A stretch of 64,000 bases of DNA from Myxococcota bacterium (GTDB lineage: Bacteria; Myxococcota; XYA12-FULL-58-9; JABJBS01): the NCBI GenBank assembly GCA_036339465.1, contig JAYZAY010000089.1:10483-74482 (forward strand), in the 5' to 3' direction. Positions 40,451 to 50,253 of the stretch are shown piece by piece. Position 1 is the first letter of the stretch; each line of letters starts with the position of its first letter. The notes under the pieces were generated by a model. That model saw only the letters and a list, made by a program, of their open reading frames with translations. It ran no database searches and had not been told where the DNA came from. The translations under genes were made by a program, and so were the position numbers.

Positions 40451-41890
40451 TTAACTTCGAACGTGTTCGTTGAATTTAACGTATTGGAATTCAATGGGTT
40501 GGCGATTGATTCCGGTTTTAGGTGGCGCTATCCAGTTTGCAAATTGTCCGGCTTTAGTGACGGGTTGCATGAGAGATTTCACGTATATCCGATCTTCAGT
40601 GGAAGGAATAAATTCGTAGAGGCGCTTTTGGAAGTCTTGCTCTGAGATGCGTGTTCCGTTGGGTGCAAAGGATAGGTTGGCGTAGAGTCCCTGCTGGCGA
40701 TAGAAAAACGTGGATGGCAGTGACAATTGGTAGGCGATCCCGTGTTTTTTGAGGATGGTATTCCATTTTTTCAAGGCACGCTCGCAGTCTTTGGCATAGC
40801 TATCACGAAGCTGAAGGTTCATGGCCCTACGAAGGGGGATTTCCTCGTGGACGATTTTACCGTCAGCGGTGGGCTTATCGACGAGGTATGAGCCTTCCAG
40901 GGCCACATGGTCGGTGATGTCTTTGGAGCTGGTTTCTTTGTAGCGCCCCTTAAGGCCCTGGCCGAAATAACTTGCGGCATTGGAGGAGTCTTCGGCACCG
41001 AAGAGGTCTAGGCACGATGCGTACCATTCGTTGAAATACCTTTGGATGATATCTAGGGGGATGCCACCGTTTAGTCGAACATCTTCACCGGGGGCCTGCT
41101 GCATCAATTCACAGGTTCGTGTGATGATTCTCCCGAGGCCGGTTTCACCGACAAAAAGGTGATGGGCTTCTTCGGTCAACATAAACTGTGTGGTTTGTGC
41201 GAGAGGAGTAAATCCACTCTCAGCCAAGGAAGCGAGCTGATATTTTCCGTCGCGGTCTGCAAACATGGCGAAACAGAAAAAGTCGAGCCAGTCTTGCATG
41301 GGTTTGTTGAAAGCGTCCAGGATTCTAGGGGAATCTTCATGTCCAGAGCGGCGCCCCAATAAATCCTCAGCTTCTTCTCGTCCATCTCGTCCAAAATAGG
41401 AATGGAGTAAGTAAACCATGGCCCACAGGTGCCGTGCTTCCTCGACGTTAACTTGGAAGAGGTTACGAAGGTCGTAGAGGCTGGGGGCGGTATGACCGAG
41501 AACTTTTTGTTGTTCCACGGATGCGGGCTCGGTGTCAGCTTGGGTCACAATGATTCGTCGGAGATCTTTTCGCATGTCTCCAGGAACCTGGTTCCAGGCT
41601 TTTTGTCCCAACATGTCGCCGAATGGGATGGTTCGGTCCGCTTCTGTGGGGGCCATGAATATGCCCCAACGATAATCGGGCATCTTGACGTAATCGAAGT
41701 GAGCCCATCCTCCGGCTTCAACACTAACGGCGGTTCGAAGATAGATCTGGTCTTGTTGGTAACCTTCGGGACCCATTTCCATCCACCAATCTAGGAAATT
41801 TGGCTGCCAGGTTTCTAGCGCGCGCTGCAGTTTTTTGTCACTGCTGAGATTCACGTTATTCGGAATTTTCTCATTGAGTTCTACAGTCAT
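40451..41890 (-). CDS. boxB: Benzoyl-CoA 2,3-epoxidase subunit BoxB (di-iron)
   Basis: EKIPNNV.L, WW.EMGP.G, YLRTAVSV, VKMPDYRWGIF, QADTEPASVEQQ, NVEEARHLWAM, DRDGK.QL, MLTEEAHH; start ATG 41890. Confidence 0.93.
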   Translation of the reverse strand: MTVELNEKIPNNVNLSSDKKLQRALETWQPNFLDWWMEMGPEGYQQDQIYLRTAVSVEAGGWAHFDYVKMPDYRWGIFMAPTEADRTIPFGDMLGQKAWNQVPGDMRKDLRRIIVTQADTEPASVEQQKVLGHTAPSLYDLRNLFQVNVEEARHLWAMVYLLHSYFGRDGREEAEDLLGRRSGHEDSPRILDAFNKPMQDWLDFFCFAMFADRDGKYQLASLAESGFTPLAQTTQFMLTEEAHHLFVGETGLGRIITRTCELMQQAPGEDVRLNGGIPLDIIQRYFNEWYASCLDLFGAEDSSNAASYFGQGLKGRYKETSSKDITDHVALEGSYLVDKPTADGKIVHEEIPLRRAMNLQLRDSYAKDCERALKKWNTILKKHGIAYQLSLPSTFFYRQQGLYANLSFAPNGTRISEQDFQKRLYEFIPSTEDRIYVKSLMQPVTKAGQFANWIAPPKTGINRQPIEFQYVKFNEHVRS

Positions 41891-41938
41891 TGATTTCTCC
41901 GGTGGTTTTAGGACGCGAGGCTCTCTACGAATAGGATA

Positions 41939-42004
41939 TGCAGAATGATGCATGTTGTAAACGATTTAATGGTTGTGGTGTGCATTACTAAGCATTATAA
42001 TGCA
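41939..42004. promoter_or_regulatory. BzdR/BoxR-type TGCA operator boxes between divergent boxB and boxR
   Basis: TGCA-N6-TGCA at 41939-41952 and TGCA-N6-AGCA-N6-TGCA at 41981-42004. Confidence 0.7.
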
Positions 42005-42008
42005 TTGA

Positions 42009-42755
42009 GTGAGGGTAAATGTGGATCAATTGCTTTTACTATTGGGACGGCGAGTTCGTGAATTGCGCAAGGAACAAAAGCGGACGGCCCAGAATGTTGC
42101 CGAGGCGGCGGGGCTGAGTCCGCGCTTTTTTGCGCAATTGGAGGCTGGTCATGCCAATATCTCCATTGGGCGCTTGTCGAAATTATCCCACGCCTTGGAT
42201 ATTTCTCTCTCGGATTTGGTGGATTTTGAGCCCGAGGTTCCTCGTTCTATCGCACTGCTCGGTCTTCGGGGGGCGGGGAAGAGTACCCTTGGCCCGCTTT
42301 TGGCTTGTGCCCGCGGGCTTCGGTTCGTCGAATTGGACGAAGAGATCGAGGAAAAAGCCGGCTTAGCCCTGACTGAAATATTTATCCTGCACGGTGAGCG
42401 TTATTATCGAAGAATGGAAAGTGAATGTTTGAACGAGTTGCTGGATGGCCCCGAACCGGTGGTAATGGCACTTTCGGGTGGAGTAGTGCAAAATGGGAAA
42501 GCATTCGGCCGGATAAAACGGGACTGTGTGACCATCTGGCTGCGGGCGAAAGCTCAGGATTATATGGACCGTGTTATTGCTCAAGGGGATTATCGCCCTG
42601 TCGCAAACCGCTCTAACGCCATGGGTGAACTTCAAACTTTGGTGGACAGCCGCAAACCGTTTTATTCAGAAGCACAAATAACCATCGATACGTCGGGATT
42701 GAGTCCAGAAGTAAGCCTGGAAGTTTTGCAAGACGCTTTGTCGGATTTGTCTTGA
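42009..42755 (+). CDS. boxR: BoxR/BzdR-family regulator (XRE HTH + shikimate-kinase-like domain)
   Basis: N-terminal XRE HTH (LSPRF.AQLE.G.ANISI), then IALLGLRGAGKSTLG, YYRR.E, RV.AQGD.RP; divergent from boxB. Confidence 0.88.
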   Translation: MRVNVDQLLLLLGRRVRELRKEQKRTAQNVAEAAGLSPRFFAQLEAGHANISIGRLSKLSHALDISLSDLVDFEPEVPRSIALLGLRGAGKSTLGPLLACARGLRFVELDEEIEEKAGLALTEIFILHGERYYRRMESECLNELLDGPEPVVMALSGGVVQNGKAFGRIKRDCVTIWLRAKAQDYMDRVIAQGDYRPVANRSNAMGELQTLVDSRKPFYSEAQITIDTSGLSPEVSLEVLQDALSDLS

Positions 42756-43590
42756 TTTATATTTGTTCGAACCTGCCATTGGAGCGGCAATTTTGAGTAT
42801 TTTTTCTGACTCTCGGTTATCATATCTGAATTTCCCCAATGGTTTTCCTCCGTTGGGGCTTTGCATTATTTCCGCCACTACCGTTTCTCTAAATGGGCAG
42901 ATATTCCGGCGAACCTTTTTTAATGCACCCAGTCATGGGGTGTCGGTCGGGAGAGAAGGACGTGGTGCCTGTGGAGGACCGCCTCACACCATCATTACTT
43001 AGAGGGGCAAACAACTCTGTGGCATGGCCTCTGTTGGTTTCGATAGCTCTAGAATCCGGTGCGATATTTTGCGTTGAGCCAGGCTAGACCACGTGTCGGT
43101 CGTGCCAGAAATAAAACCACCGCTGTGGATTTGTGTGCTGTGTTTCTAATCTGGATAATCTGTTTACAAGAAAAGGAACAGGAGGCTGGCGTGGTCTGTG
43201 TCGCCGCTGACCACGCTCGGTTGAGAACTTTTGGGTTACCATCGCCTTTTCCCCTGGTGTTGAAATCACAGAGGTGAGGTAGAGCTGAATCGATTGAGGT
43301 TCTATCTCGGCCACCGAGCCTACTTGGGAAGGGGCGAGGCGTTTATTACCGGGTGGCCCACAGAGCTAGGTGGGAATGTGCGGATATTGGGAAGGTGTGT
43401 CTCTACTTTGGTGGCGCTTCTGGTTTGGGTGAATCACAACCCCATGCTCTAAGGGCCAGGGGGAGCAAGGTTATGGGGGGGGAGTCCGCATTTTTCTTGG
43501 ACTGTTTTTCCGGCCTGGCAAATGGTTGGCACGGGTTTGTTTGAGGCTCAAACGTTTTTGTTCCGTGAGACTTAGGCTTTTTCTTTGTTG

Positions 43591-43608
43591 TAATCGGACG
43601 TTCGATTA
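43591..43608. promoter_or_regulatory. Palindromic operator overlapping a putative sigma70 promoter of the TetR operon
   Basis: TAATCGGACGTTCGATTA near-perfect palindrome; TTGTAA (43588)-N17-TATAGG (43611); SD GGAGG before ATG 43638. Confidence 0.6.
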
Positions 43609-43637
43609 ATTATAGGGAGTCCATTGGAGGATATGCT

Positions 43638-44261
43638 ATGGGGCGACCAGTTGGGGCAGATGCGCAATTGACCCGTCGGCGGGTTTTAAATTGCGCTGCC
43701 ATGTTGTTTGCGGCCCAGGGCAACGGTCAAACGAGCATGCGACAGATCGCAGGGGAGGCCGGTGTTAGTTTGGGTACGGTTCACCACTATTTTGGGAGTA
43801 AGGACGCACTCTATGATTCCTGTATCGAGGCAATGTACCAAGAACTGGGTGAATTAAGAGAGCACCTCCTGGGGGATTTTTCTCCGGATGGCAACCTTGA
43901 AGAGATGTTGGAGACGGTGGTCCGTGAGACTTTCCGTTTTACGCGAAAGAAGGTTTTAGCGGTTCGGCTCCTGATGCGAGAGGTTGTCGATTCTGGAGCT
44001 GTGGATTGTGCAAAGAGGGACCGGTTTGTGGCTCCATTTTTGGTGGACGCGGCGCGGATGTTGGAAGTTTTTTTTGGCTTTGAGCCTTTGAAAGCACGGC
44101 TTTTGTTCCAGTCCATTGTAAACACGTTGGTCCGCTACGCCATGAGTTCGGAGCAAGAGTTGGCCAGTATGAGCGGTTTTAGTGAGAAAAAGGCGTTGCA
44201 AGCAGTGGAGGACCATTTGGTCGAATTGGTACACAGCCTGATTTTGGTCGGGCAACGATAG
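43638..44261 (+). CDS. TetR/AcrR-family regulator
   Basis: MGRP...TR..VL..A..LFA..G...TSMRQIA..AGVS.GTVHHYFGSKD.LY. Confidence 0.92.
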   Translation: MGRPVGADAQLTRRRVLNCAAMLFAAQGNGQTSMRQIAGEAGVSLGTVHHYFGSKDALYDSCIEAMYQELGELREHLLGDFSPDGNLEEMLETVVRETFRFTRKKVLAVRLLMREVVDSGAVDCAKRDRFVAPFLVDAARMLEVFFGFEPLKARLLFQSIVNTLVRYAMSSEQELASMSGFSEKKALQAVEDHLVELVHSLILVGQR

Positions 44262-44270
44262 GAGGCTCTA

Positions 44271-45182
44271 ATGAGCAATGAAAAGATGGAAACCATGGTT
44301 GAGGTATTGCCCTGGAATACAAAATTCCAATTAGGGCCAGTGCTTACTCCGAAGCAATGTAAATTTTTGGAGGTGTATGGCTTTTTGCATTTCGAGGGTG
44401 TGGCCAGTGAAGAAGAGGTCGCTAGAATTATTTCAGAAACGGAACGAATCGAGGGCGAGTGGAGGCAAGAAAATCGCTCGAAGGTCAATGGTATTCCCCT
44501 CTTTTGGGGGCGCGACGGGCTCAAGCGACCTTATCTTCAGCGTTGGGCGTTTACTTCGATGTTCTCGCCGTACATCAGTGATTTCGTGACCGATGGTCGC
44601 TTTGAGGCCATTCGAAAGTGTTTCGGGGAAGATGCCCGGGTGGGGGAGCGTGAAAAAGACGGGGTGGTGGTGAATCGTTATCTAAACACTCCGGAGAGCA
44701 CGCGCACGCGTTTGGGATGGCACAATGATGGTTTGCGGGACCTCTTCTATCTCCGGATGCCTCAAGAAATGCTTAATGTGGGATTACATCTCGATGATTG
44801 TACGGTTGATGATGGTGGTTTGCGATTGATTCCGGGAACGCAGAAGCAGGGTTTTCTGAAGATGTGTTTGTATAAACCCCATTTCATTGGCCATGGGGTA
44901 GATCGGCATGAGATTTGTGTCGAAACAAAGGCGGGCGATTTGACCATTCACGATGGTAGATTATGGCATCGGGTGGCGCGGTCTAAATTCACCGGCGAGC
45001 GAAGTTTGAGACGGACCATGTTTGTGCCCTATTTGACCGGCCCCTATGAGCCGAAAAACGAAAGCAGTGCCACCCCTGCCTATCATACGCTGGGGCAAGT
45101 GATTCGCTTTGTTCGGAATGCAGTTCAAGGGGTTTTACGCCGGTTTTTAAAGCCTTTTAGGCGCCCAAATCTTTTGACCTGA
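44271..45182 (+). CDS. Phytanoyl-CoA dioxygenase (PhyH)-family Fe(II)/2OG oxygenase
   Basis: WHND (HxD), LDDC...GGLR.IPGT, GDLTIH....WH, RR. Confidence 0.85.
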   Translation: MSNEKMETMVEVLPWNTKFQLGPVLTPKQCKFLEVYGFLHFEGVASEEEVARIISETERIEGEWRQENRSKVNGIPLFWGRDGLKRPYLQRWAFTSMFSPYISDFVTDGRFEAIRKCFGEDARVGEREKDGVVVNRYLNTPESTRTRLGWHNDGLRDLFYLRMPQEMLNVGLHLDDCTVDDGGLRLIPGTQKQGFLKMCLYKPHFIGHGVDRHEICVETKAGDLTIHDGRLWHRVARSKFTGERSLRRTMFVPYLTGPYEPKNESSATPAYHTLGQVIRFVRNAVQGVLRRFLKPFRRPNLLT

Positions 45183-45226
45183 GGATTTTTCAACAGTTTC
45201 CTGTATTTTCGTCGACCCTACTCAGT

Positions 45227-45982
45227 ATGAGTAGTTGCACTATCTCGGTCTCTAGTCACCGTGAACGACTTGTGGAATTAGGTTATACGATTGTTCCCAA
45301 CGTCCTTTCAAAGGACGAGGTCTCCAATTATCGTCGAGTTATGATTGAATACTTTTCGTGTCACGGAAATCGAAGTCCTGACGGAGTTTATACTCAACCC
45401 GATGCCATCAACGTATTGGAACTTGAAGCCCTATGTGAAGTCTTTGGATTGAGTACGCTGAATCAGGTTTTGCGAGGGATCTGCGACGGGGAGTTGCGGT
45501 ATCTTCATCATTTTGACGTACACATGAATATGCTTACCCGATACCACGATGATACTCAGGCGAAATACCTTCAGGGGGAGTACAAACATCTCGCCTCGGA
45601 ATCCCTGCACGACAAGGCAGATTACGCTGTTTTTACCATCGCTATTTATCTTCAAGATCATGTAGACGGGGGCGGCTTGTTCTTGAGGCCGGGAAGTCAC
45701 CGTGACTTGAGTTGTTCGGACGAAGTTTATATTGGACCCAAGGCGGGGGATGTTTTGGTGTTTGATGCTCGGTGTGTTCATAAGGCTGACACCGACTCCG
45801 AAACCATGAGGGATGCTCCTAAGCGATGTGCGATTTTCTATCGTTTGGGAAATAACTCACGACACAGCATTGCCCATGCCCTGGGAGCGATTTCTCGTCA
45901 ATTAACTCAAAATAGATGTACGCAGTATCAGCTTCAGCCCCATGTCGCTTCCTATTTAGAATCACAGCAAATTCTATATTGA
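45227..45982 (+). CDS. PhyH-family Fe(II)/2OG oxygenase
   Basis: GY.IVPNVLS..EV, YHDD, IYLQDH...GGL...PGSH, GDVLVFD.R.VH. Confidence 0.8.
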   Translation: MSSCTISVSSHRERLVELGYTIVPNVLSKDEVSNYRRVMIEYFSCHGNRSPDGVYTQPDAINVLELEALCEVFGLSTLNQVLRGICDGELRYLHHFDVHMNMLTRYHDDTQAKYLQGEYKHLASESLHDKADYAVFTIAIYLQDHVDGGGLFLRPGSHRDLSCSDEVYIGPKAGDVLVFDARCVHKADTDSETMRDAPKRCAIFYRLGNNSRHSIAHALGAISRQLTQNRCTQYQLQPHVASYLESQQILY

Positions 45983-46025
45983 TTTGAGTTTGTTTGCGCT
46001 GCTGTGTTTGCTTGGGATGTTTTCG

Positions 46026-46928
46026 TCAAGTCAGCCCGTAAAATGCATTGAGCTTTTCATCCATGGCAACTTGGCGTTCGGATAGGACGGGCATTTTCGT
46101 GGGCATCACGCCGACCCAGCGTCTATGTATCTTACCATCCACGAGCCAAAGGGTGGTCGGACTTTTAAATGTTAGAGATTGGTAGCGATAGAGTTCCATT
46201 TCCCGAGTTGTAAATTCAGTTCGCCACGATTTCAGGGTTGGGTTTTCGTCATGGTCTGGTGGAGTGACGATAAGGATTTGGAGAAAGGGGCTTGTTTCAA
46301 GATTGCGTAGTTCCTCAATAAAGCGTTTACAATGTTCGCAGTTGGGATGTAAGAAAGCGACGATGGCGGAAATTTGGTTCTCAAGATTGCTTTTTGGTAG
46401 CCAATGGGAACTCCAGTTTTTACCGGGTTTACTTTCCGAAAAATCTAAGAGCGGTTTGTCGGTGGAGCGTCCTGCGATGAAGATGCCCAGGCCTCCGAAG
46501 AGAATAATCTGTGGCCAAGAAAGGTGGCTGGGCTCTAGTGATTCAATCAGGATCATGGGTATCCATAAGAGGAGGGCGGCGCTTAAATGAATGGTGATGC
46601 TTTGTGCCGGAGTCACGAAGAAAATTTGTCCATAACAACCACAGTGACCGATTCTATTTTTTAGGTGTCCCCTGAGGGTGATGAGGGAGAATCCAATGAG
46701 CAGGGTCATGGCAGTGGGAATGGTGAGGGAAGGTGCGTGGCCAGAGAAGAGTGTGATTGCCAGTGCCCATTCGAGACCGATGATTGCGAGCGCCAAGGCG
46801 GGAAGGGTTTTGGCTGGCAGGAGACGGTGAAGGCGGAGTTGTTCTAGAAAAGCGCGGGAGTGTAAGGCTTTAGAGATGCCGCTGAGAAGGAAAATACTGG
46901 CTGCGATGGCCATTATAAATTTCGCCAT
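46026..46928 (-). CDS. MauE/DoxX-family membrane protein with C-terminal thioredoxin-like CxxC domain
   Basis: IFLLSG.SK, CGCYG, several TM helices, then FLHPNCEHC and SPT. Confidence 0.75.
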   Translation of the reverse strand: MAKFIMAIAASIFLLSGISKALHSRAFLEQLRLHRLLPAKTLPALALAIIGLEWALAITLFSGHAPSLTIPTAMTLLIGFSLITLRGHLKNRIGHCGCYGQIFFVTPAQSITIHLSAALLLWIPMILIESLEPSHLSWPQIILFGGLGIFIAGRSTDKPLLDFSESKPGKNWSSHWLPKSNLENQISAIVAFLHPNCEHCKRFIEELRNLETSPFLQILIVTPPDHDENPTLKSWRTEFTTREMELYRYQSLTFKSPTTLWLVDGKIHRRWVGVMPTKMPVLSERQVAMDEKLNAFYGLT

Positions 46929-47166
46929 GGTTACCTATACTATGAGGCATCATCATAAATTCCAAGACCCGACCGCTTTTAAGCTTGCCCCTCTATCTAT
47001 GGGGAGGCAGTTTCCCCAGCATCTCGTGCTCGGGGGGCTTTTCGACTTGGGCGGGAATCAATTCCATCAAGCTACGGATCTTTGGGGGCATTGATTGACT
47101 GCGACGAGCCAGGACGATAGCGTTCCTGAGAATTTCTGCACTAAGCGCTTGGGTCTGAGGTAAATC

Positions 47167-47946
47167 ATGGAAGTTACGTACAATAGTTATCTGAAAATTG
47201 ATGAATTGCTGGGCCTGCAAAAGCCCCTTTCCGATGGCCCCGAGCATGATGAGTTTCTCTTTATTACCATTCACCAGGTCTATGAGCTTTGGTTTCAGCA
47301 GGTTCTTCACGAAATGGACGGTTTGGTGGCGGCTTTGGACGAATCGGATATTCCCAAGGCCCAGAAGACGTTGAAGCGGATTCTGACGATTCTTAAAACC
47401 TTGGTGGCTCAGGTGGATATTTTGGAAACCATGACCCCACTTTCATTTCTTTCTTTCCGAGATAGGCTTTCTACCTCCAGCGGTTTTCAGTCACTGCAAT
47501 TTAGGGTCTTGGAATTTCGATTGGGCAAGACCGATCCCAAATTCCTCCATATGCATGAAGAGGGCAGTAAGGGGAGAGCGCAGTTAGATGCAATTGTGGC
47601 GGGACCCAGTGTTTACGACAAACTGCTGAATCATTTGTTTAGGAGTGGTTACAACATTCCGCAAGAGGTATTGAATCGGGATTATACAGAAACCTACCAA
47701 TGCTCTGAAGAGGTTCAGGACGTTCTGATTCAGGTACATCGTCATGATCCCACCAATGCCCAACTTTGCGAACTTTTTGTGGACCTCGATGAAGGCCTTC
47801 AGGAGTGGCGTTATCGCCATATCAAGATGGTCCAAAGAACCATTGGTACCAAAAAGGGAACCGGCGGTTCCGGGGTTGATTATTTGTTGACGACTTTGTC
47901 CCAATCCTTTTTTGAAGATCTGTGGGCGATTCGAGCAAATTTCTAG
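47167..47946 (+). CDS. kynA: Tryptophan 2,3-dioxygenase
   Basis: Y.SYL.ID.LL.LQ, HDE.LFI.IHQ.YELWF, LETMTP..F..FR, SSGFQS.QFR, WRYRH..MV.R.IG.K.GTGGS. Confidence 0.95.
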   Translation: MEVTYNSYLKIDELLGLQKPLSDGPEHDEFLFITIHQVYELWFQQVLHEMDGLVAALDESDIPKAQKTLKRILTILKTLVAQVDILETMTPLSFLSFRDRLSTSSGFQSLQFRVLEFRLGKTDPKFLHMHEEGSKGRAQLDAIVAGPSVYDKLLNHLFRSGYNIPQEVLNRDYTETYQCSEEVQDVLIQVHRHDPTNAQLCELFVDLDEGLQEWRYRHIKMVQRTIGTKKGTGGSGVDYLLTTLSQSFFEDLWAIRANF

Positions 47947-48005
47947 GGTTTGATTGAACCGCCAAGATAAGCGGGGGCCGATGATTTCTCGGCCTATTCT
48001 CCCCC

Positions 48006-48965
48006 TTATGCGGCCAGTCCGTTTTCTGTGAGCCGGTTGGCAAGGTATTCGCCCGCGGTCAGGGATGGATAGGTGGCTTGTCCGCCACTGGCATCGATGC
48101 ATTTTTGAACGGGGCTCAGATCCACCTCCGGACGGGGATGGACGAAGAAGGGCATGGAATAGCGTGCTGAATGATTGTCGGGGGGATTGGTGACTCTATG
48201 GGTTGTGGATTTGATGATACCGTTGCTGAGGTTTTGTAGCATGTCGCCAGAGTCGACAATGAGATTCCCCGCATGAACGTGCACACCAACCCAGGTACCA
48301 TCTCGGTGTAGGATTTCGAGTCCCGGGGCTGTGGATTCACAAAGGAGCGTGATTAAATTGATGTCCTCGTGGGCCGCGGCCCGAAGCGCGCCCTTGGGAG
48401 CTGTTTCCGGAAGGGGGGGGTAGTGGATGATGCGTTGGATACTGTCTCCGTGCTCCGCAAGGCTAGGAAGAAAATCGGGGCCCAGTTTGAGAAAACTACT
48501 GCAGGCCTCGAGGAGGGTTTTGGCGCAGGCTTCGTATTGTTTGTAGAGCCTGGTGAACGCATCGCGAAATTGTTGTGGCGCATCATTGGATTTTGGCCAA
48601 AGGTTTTTTGGGTAGACACGCTCGAGGGGATGTCCTGCTGGCAGTTGCTGACCAATATGCCAGAATTCCTTGAGGTCGGCGGCTCCCATTCCTTTGGCAC
48701 GTTCCTTAGCAAACCCCACGTAACCGCGTTTGCCTAGGTATTCTTTTTTTTCATAAGCGTTTTTGACTTCGTTAGATTGCTGGAAGAAGGCAGCGGCCAC
48801 ATTATAGGCTTTATCCACCAAAGTGAGATCTACAGAGTGATTGGATACCGCGAAAAATCCCAGCTGGGTGAGGGCTTCACCGAGTTGTTGAACGAATTTT
48901 TGTCGTTCAAGGGCGTTACCATGAGTGTAGTGTTCTAGGTTGAGGGTAGGAAGTGTTTGTTTCAT
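48006..48965 (-). CDS. Isopenicillin-N-synthase-family 2OG-Fe(II) oxygenase
   Basis: GFF.V.NH, RGY, DLKEFW, R.IHYP, AHEDINLITLL, GDML...NG...ST.HRV, RYSMPFF.HP. Confidence 0.92.
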   Translation of the reverse strand: MKQTLPTLNLEHYTHGNALERQKFVQQLGEALTQLGFFAVSNHSVDLTLVDKAYNVAAAFFQQSNEVKNAYEKKEYLGKRGYVGFAKERAKGMGAADLKEFWHIGQQLPAGHPLERVYPKNLWPKSNDAPQQFRDAFTRLYKQYEACAKTLLEACSSFLKLGPDFLPSLAEHGDSIQRIIHYPPLPETAPKGALRAAAHEDINLITLLCESTAPGLEILHRDGTWVGVHVHAGNLIVDSGDMLQNLSNGIIKSTTHRVTNPPDNHSARYSMPFFVHPRPEVDLSPVQKCIDASGGQATYPSLTAGEYLANRLTENGLAA

Positions 48966-49301
48966 CGCTTGCCTCGGTGATTATTGGGGAGAATCAACGG
49001 CGCCTACCGATTTGATTTCACTTAGTCAAGAGGCCCTTGTGATGCACAGGGGTCGCACGTTTTTGGTGCGGACTTGAAAGAAACCACCGATGGCGGCCAT
49101 CGTCTGTTCTTTCGCGGGAGCAGGGTCCTAAGGGGTGGAAATAGAATGCCCATTTGCCGGTTATGGTCGTGGTCTGTCGGAGTCAAAGGGCGCAGGCTGT
49201 TCTATTCTTGCATCATGGGCTCAGAAGGGTAGAGTCGAGTTGGACGCCATTGCTTATAGAATTGAAGTGCTCCATAAATATCAAAATAGGGGGAAGCTGG
49301 C

Positions 49302-50249
49302 ATGGGTGAAGCCAAACTGATGACCTATCCTCGTGGTTGGTTTGTGATTTCGTTTTCCGACGAACTCAAGGTTGGGGAAATTAAAAACTTACGCTATTTT
49401 GCTCGAGACATGGTGCTTTTTCGCACAGAAGACGGGCAAGCATGCTTGATCGACGCCTATTGCTCTCACCTAGGTGCCCATTTGGGTCACGGTGGCAAAG
49501 TGGATGGCAAGAGCATTCGTTGTCCGTTTCACGCGTGGTCTTTCGATGGTCACGGTCAATGCGTGAGTACACCTTACGCAGACAAAATGCCCAAGCGAAC
49601 AGAGATTGAATCTTGGCGGGTGATGGAACGCAACGGCATGATTTTTATGTATCATGATCTTGAGCATGGTGAACCTGAATATCAAATTCCAGAGTTGCCG
49701 GAATACGGTGATGATGAATGGCTGGAGTGGGACCACAGCATTTTACATATTAAAACCCAGCCTCGAGAGATTGTGGAAAACGTGGCCGATTTAGCACATT
49801 TTATTCCTGTGCACGGCACCCATCCCGAAGTTTTTGAAAACGAATTTGTGGATCATATGGCCACGCAAATCAATAAGGGCATGACCTATCCCCGAGGAGG
49901 TGGCAAAGATCCCTACAGTCTTACGGCAACCTACTATGGCCCGGCTTATCAACTAACTCACATGGACGGCGTGCTCCAAAGCCGATTGGTCAATGCTCAC
50001 ACCCCGGTGGATGAACACAGCTTAGATTTACGTTTCGCGGTCACCCTCAAAATACTCAAAGACCAAGAGACGACTGCGGGTTTTGCGAAGCGGTATATTG
50101 AGAATCTTCGGGTGGGGTTTTTAGAGGATGTGGCAATTTGGGAGCACAAGATGTGGCGCGACCGACCGGCACTTTGTGATGGTGATGGACCCATCGGGAA
50201 ACTGCGGAAGTGGTACCGCCAATTCTACACCCCGCGTCAAGCTGACTGA
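49302..50249 (+). CDS. Rieske non-heme iron oxygenase (KshA/cholesterol 7-desaturase-like)
   Basis: YPRGW, CSHLGAHL...CPFHAW Rieske site, EN.AD.AHF..VH, D..IWEHK, R.WY.QFY. Confidence 0.9.
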   Translation: MGEAKLMTYPRGWFVISFSDELKVGEIKNLRYFARDMVLFRTEDGQACLIDAYCSHLGAHLGHGGKVDGKSIRCPFHAWSFDGHGQCVSTPYADKMPKRTEIESWRVMERNGMIFMYHDLEHGEPEYQIPELPEYGDDEWLEWDHSILHIKTQPREIVENVADLAHFIPVHGTHPEVFENEFVDHMATQINKGMTYPRGGGKDPYSLTATYYGPAYQLTHMDGVLQSRLVNAHTPVDEHSLDLRFAVTLKILKDQETTAGFAKRYIENLRVGFLEDVAIWEHKMWRDRPALCDGDGPIGKLRKWYRQFYTPRQAD

Positions 50250-50253
50250 TTTC

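Noticed and set aside
42756..43590. Long ORF-less gap after boxR, possibly a decayed boxA/boxC or other gene
   Set aside because: No frame I translated gave recognisable ferredoxin, FNR or crotonase motifs; identity unresolved.
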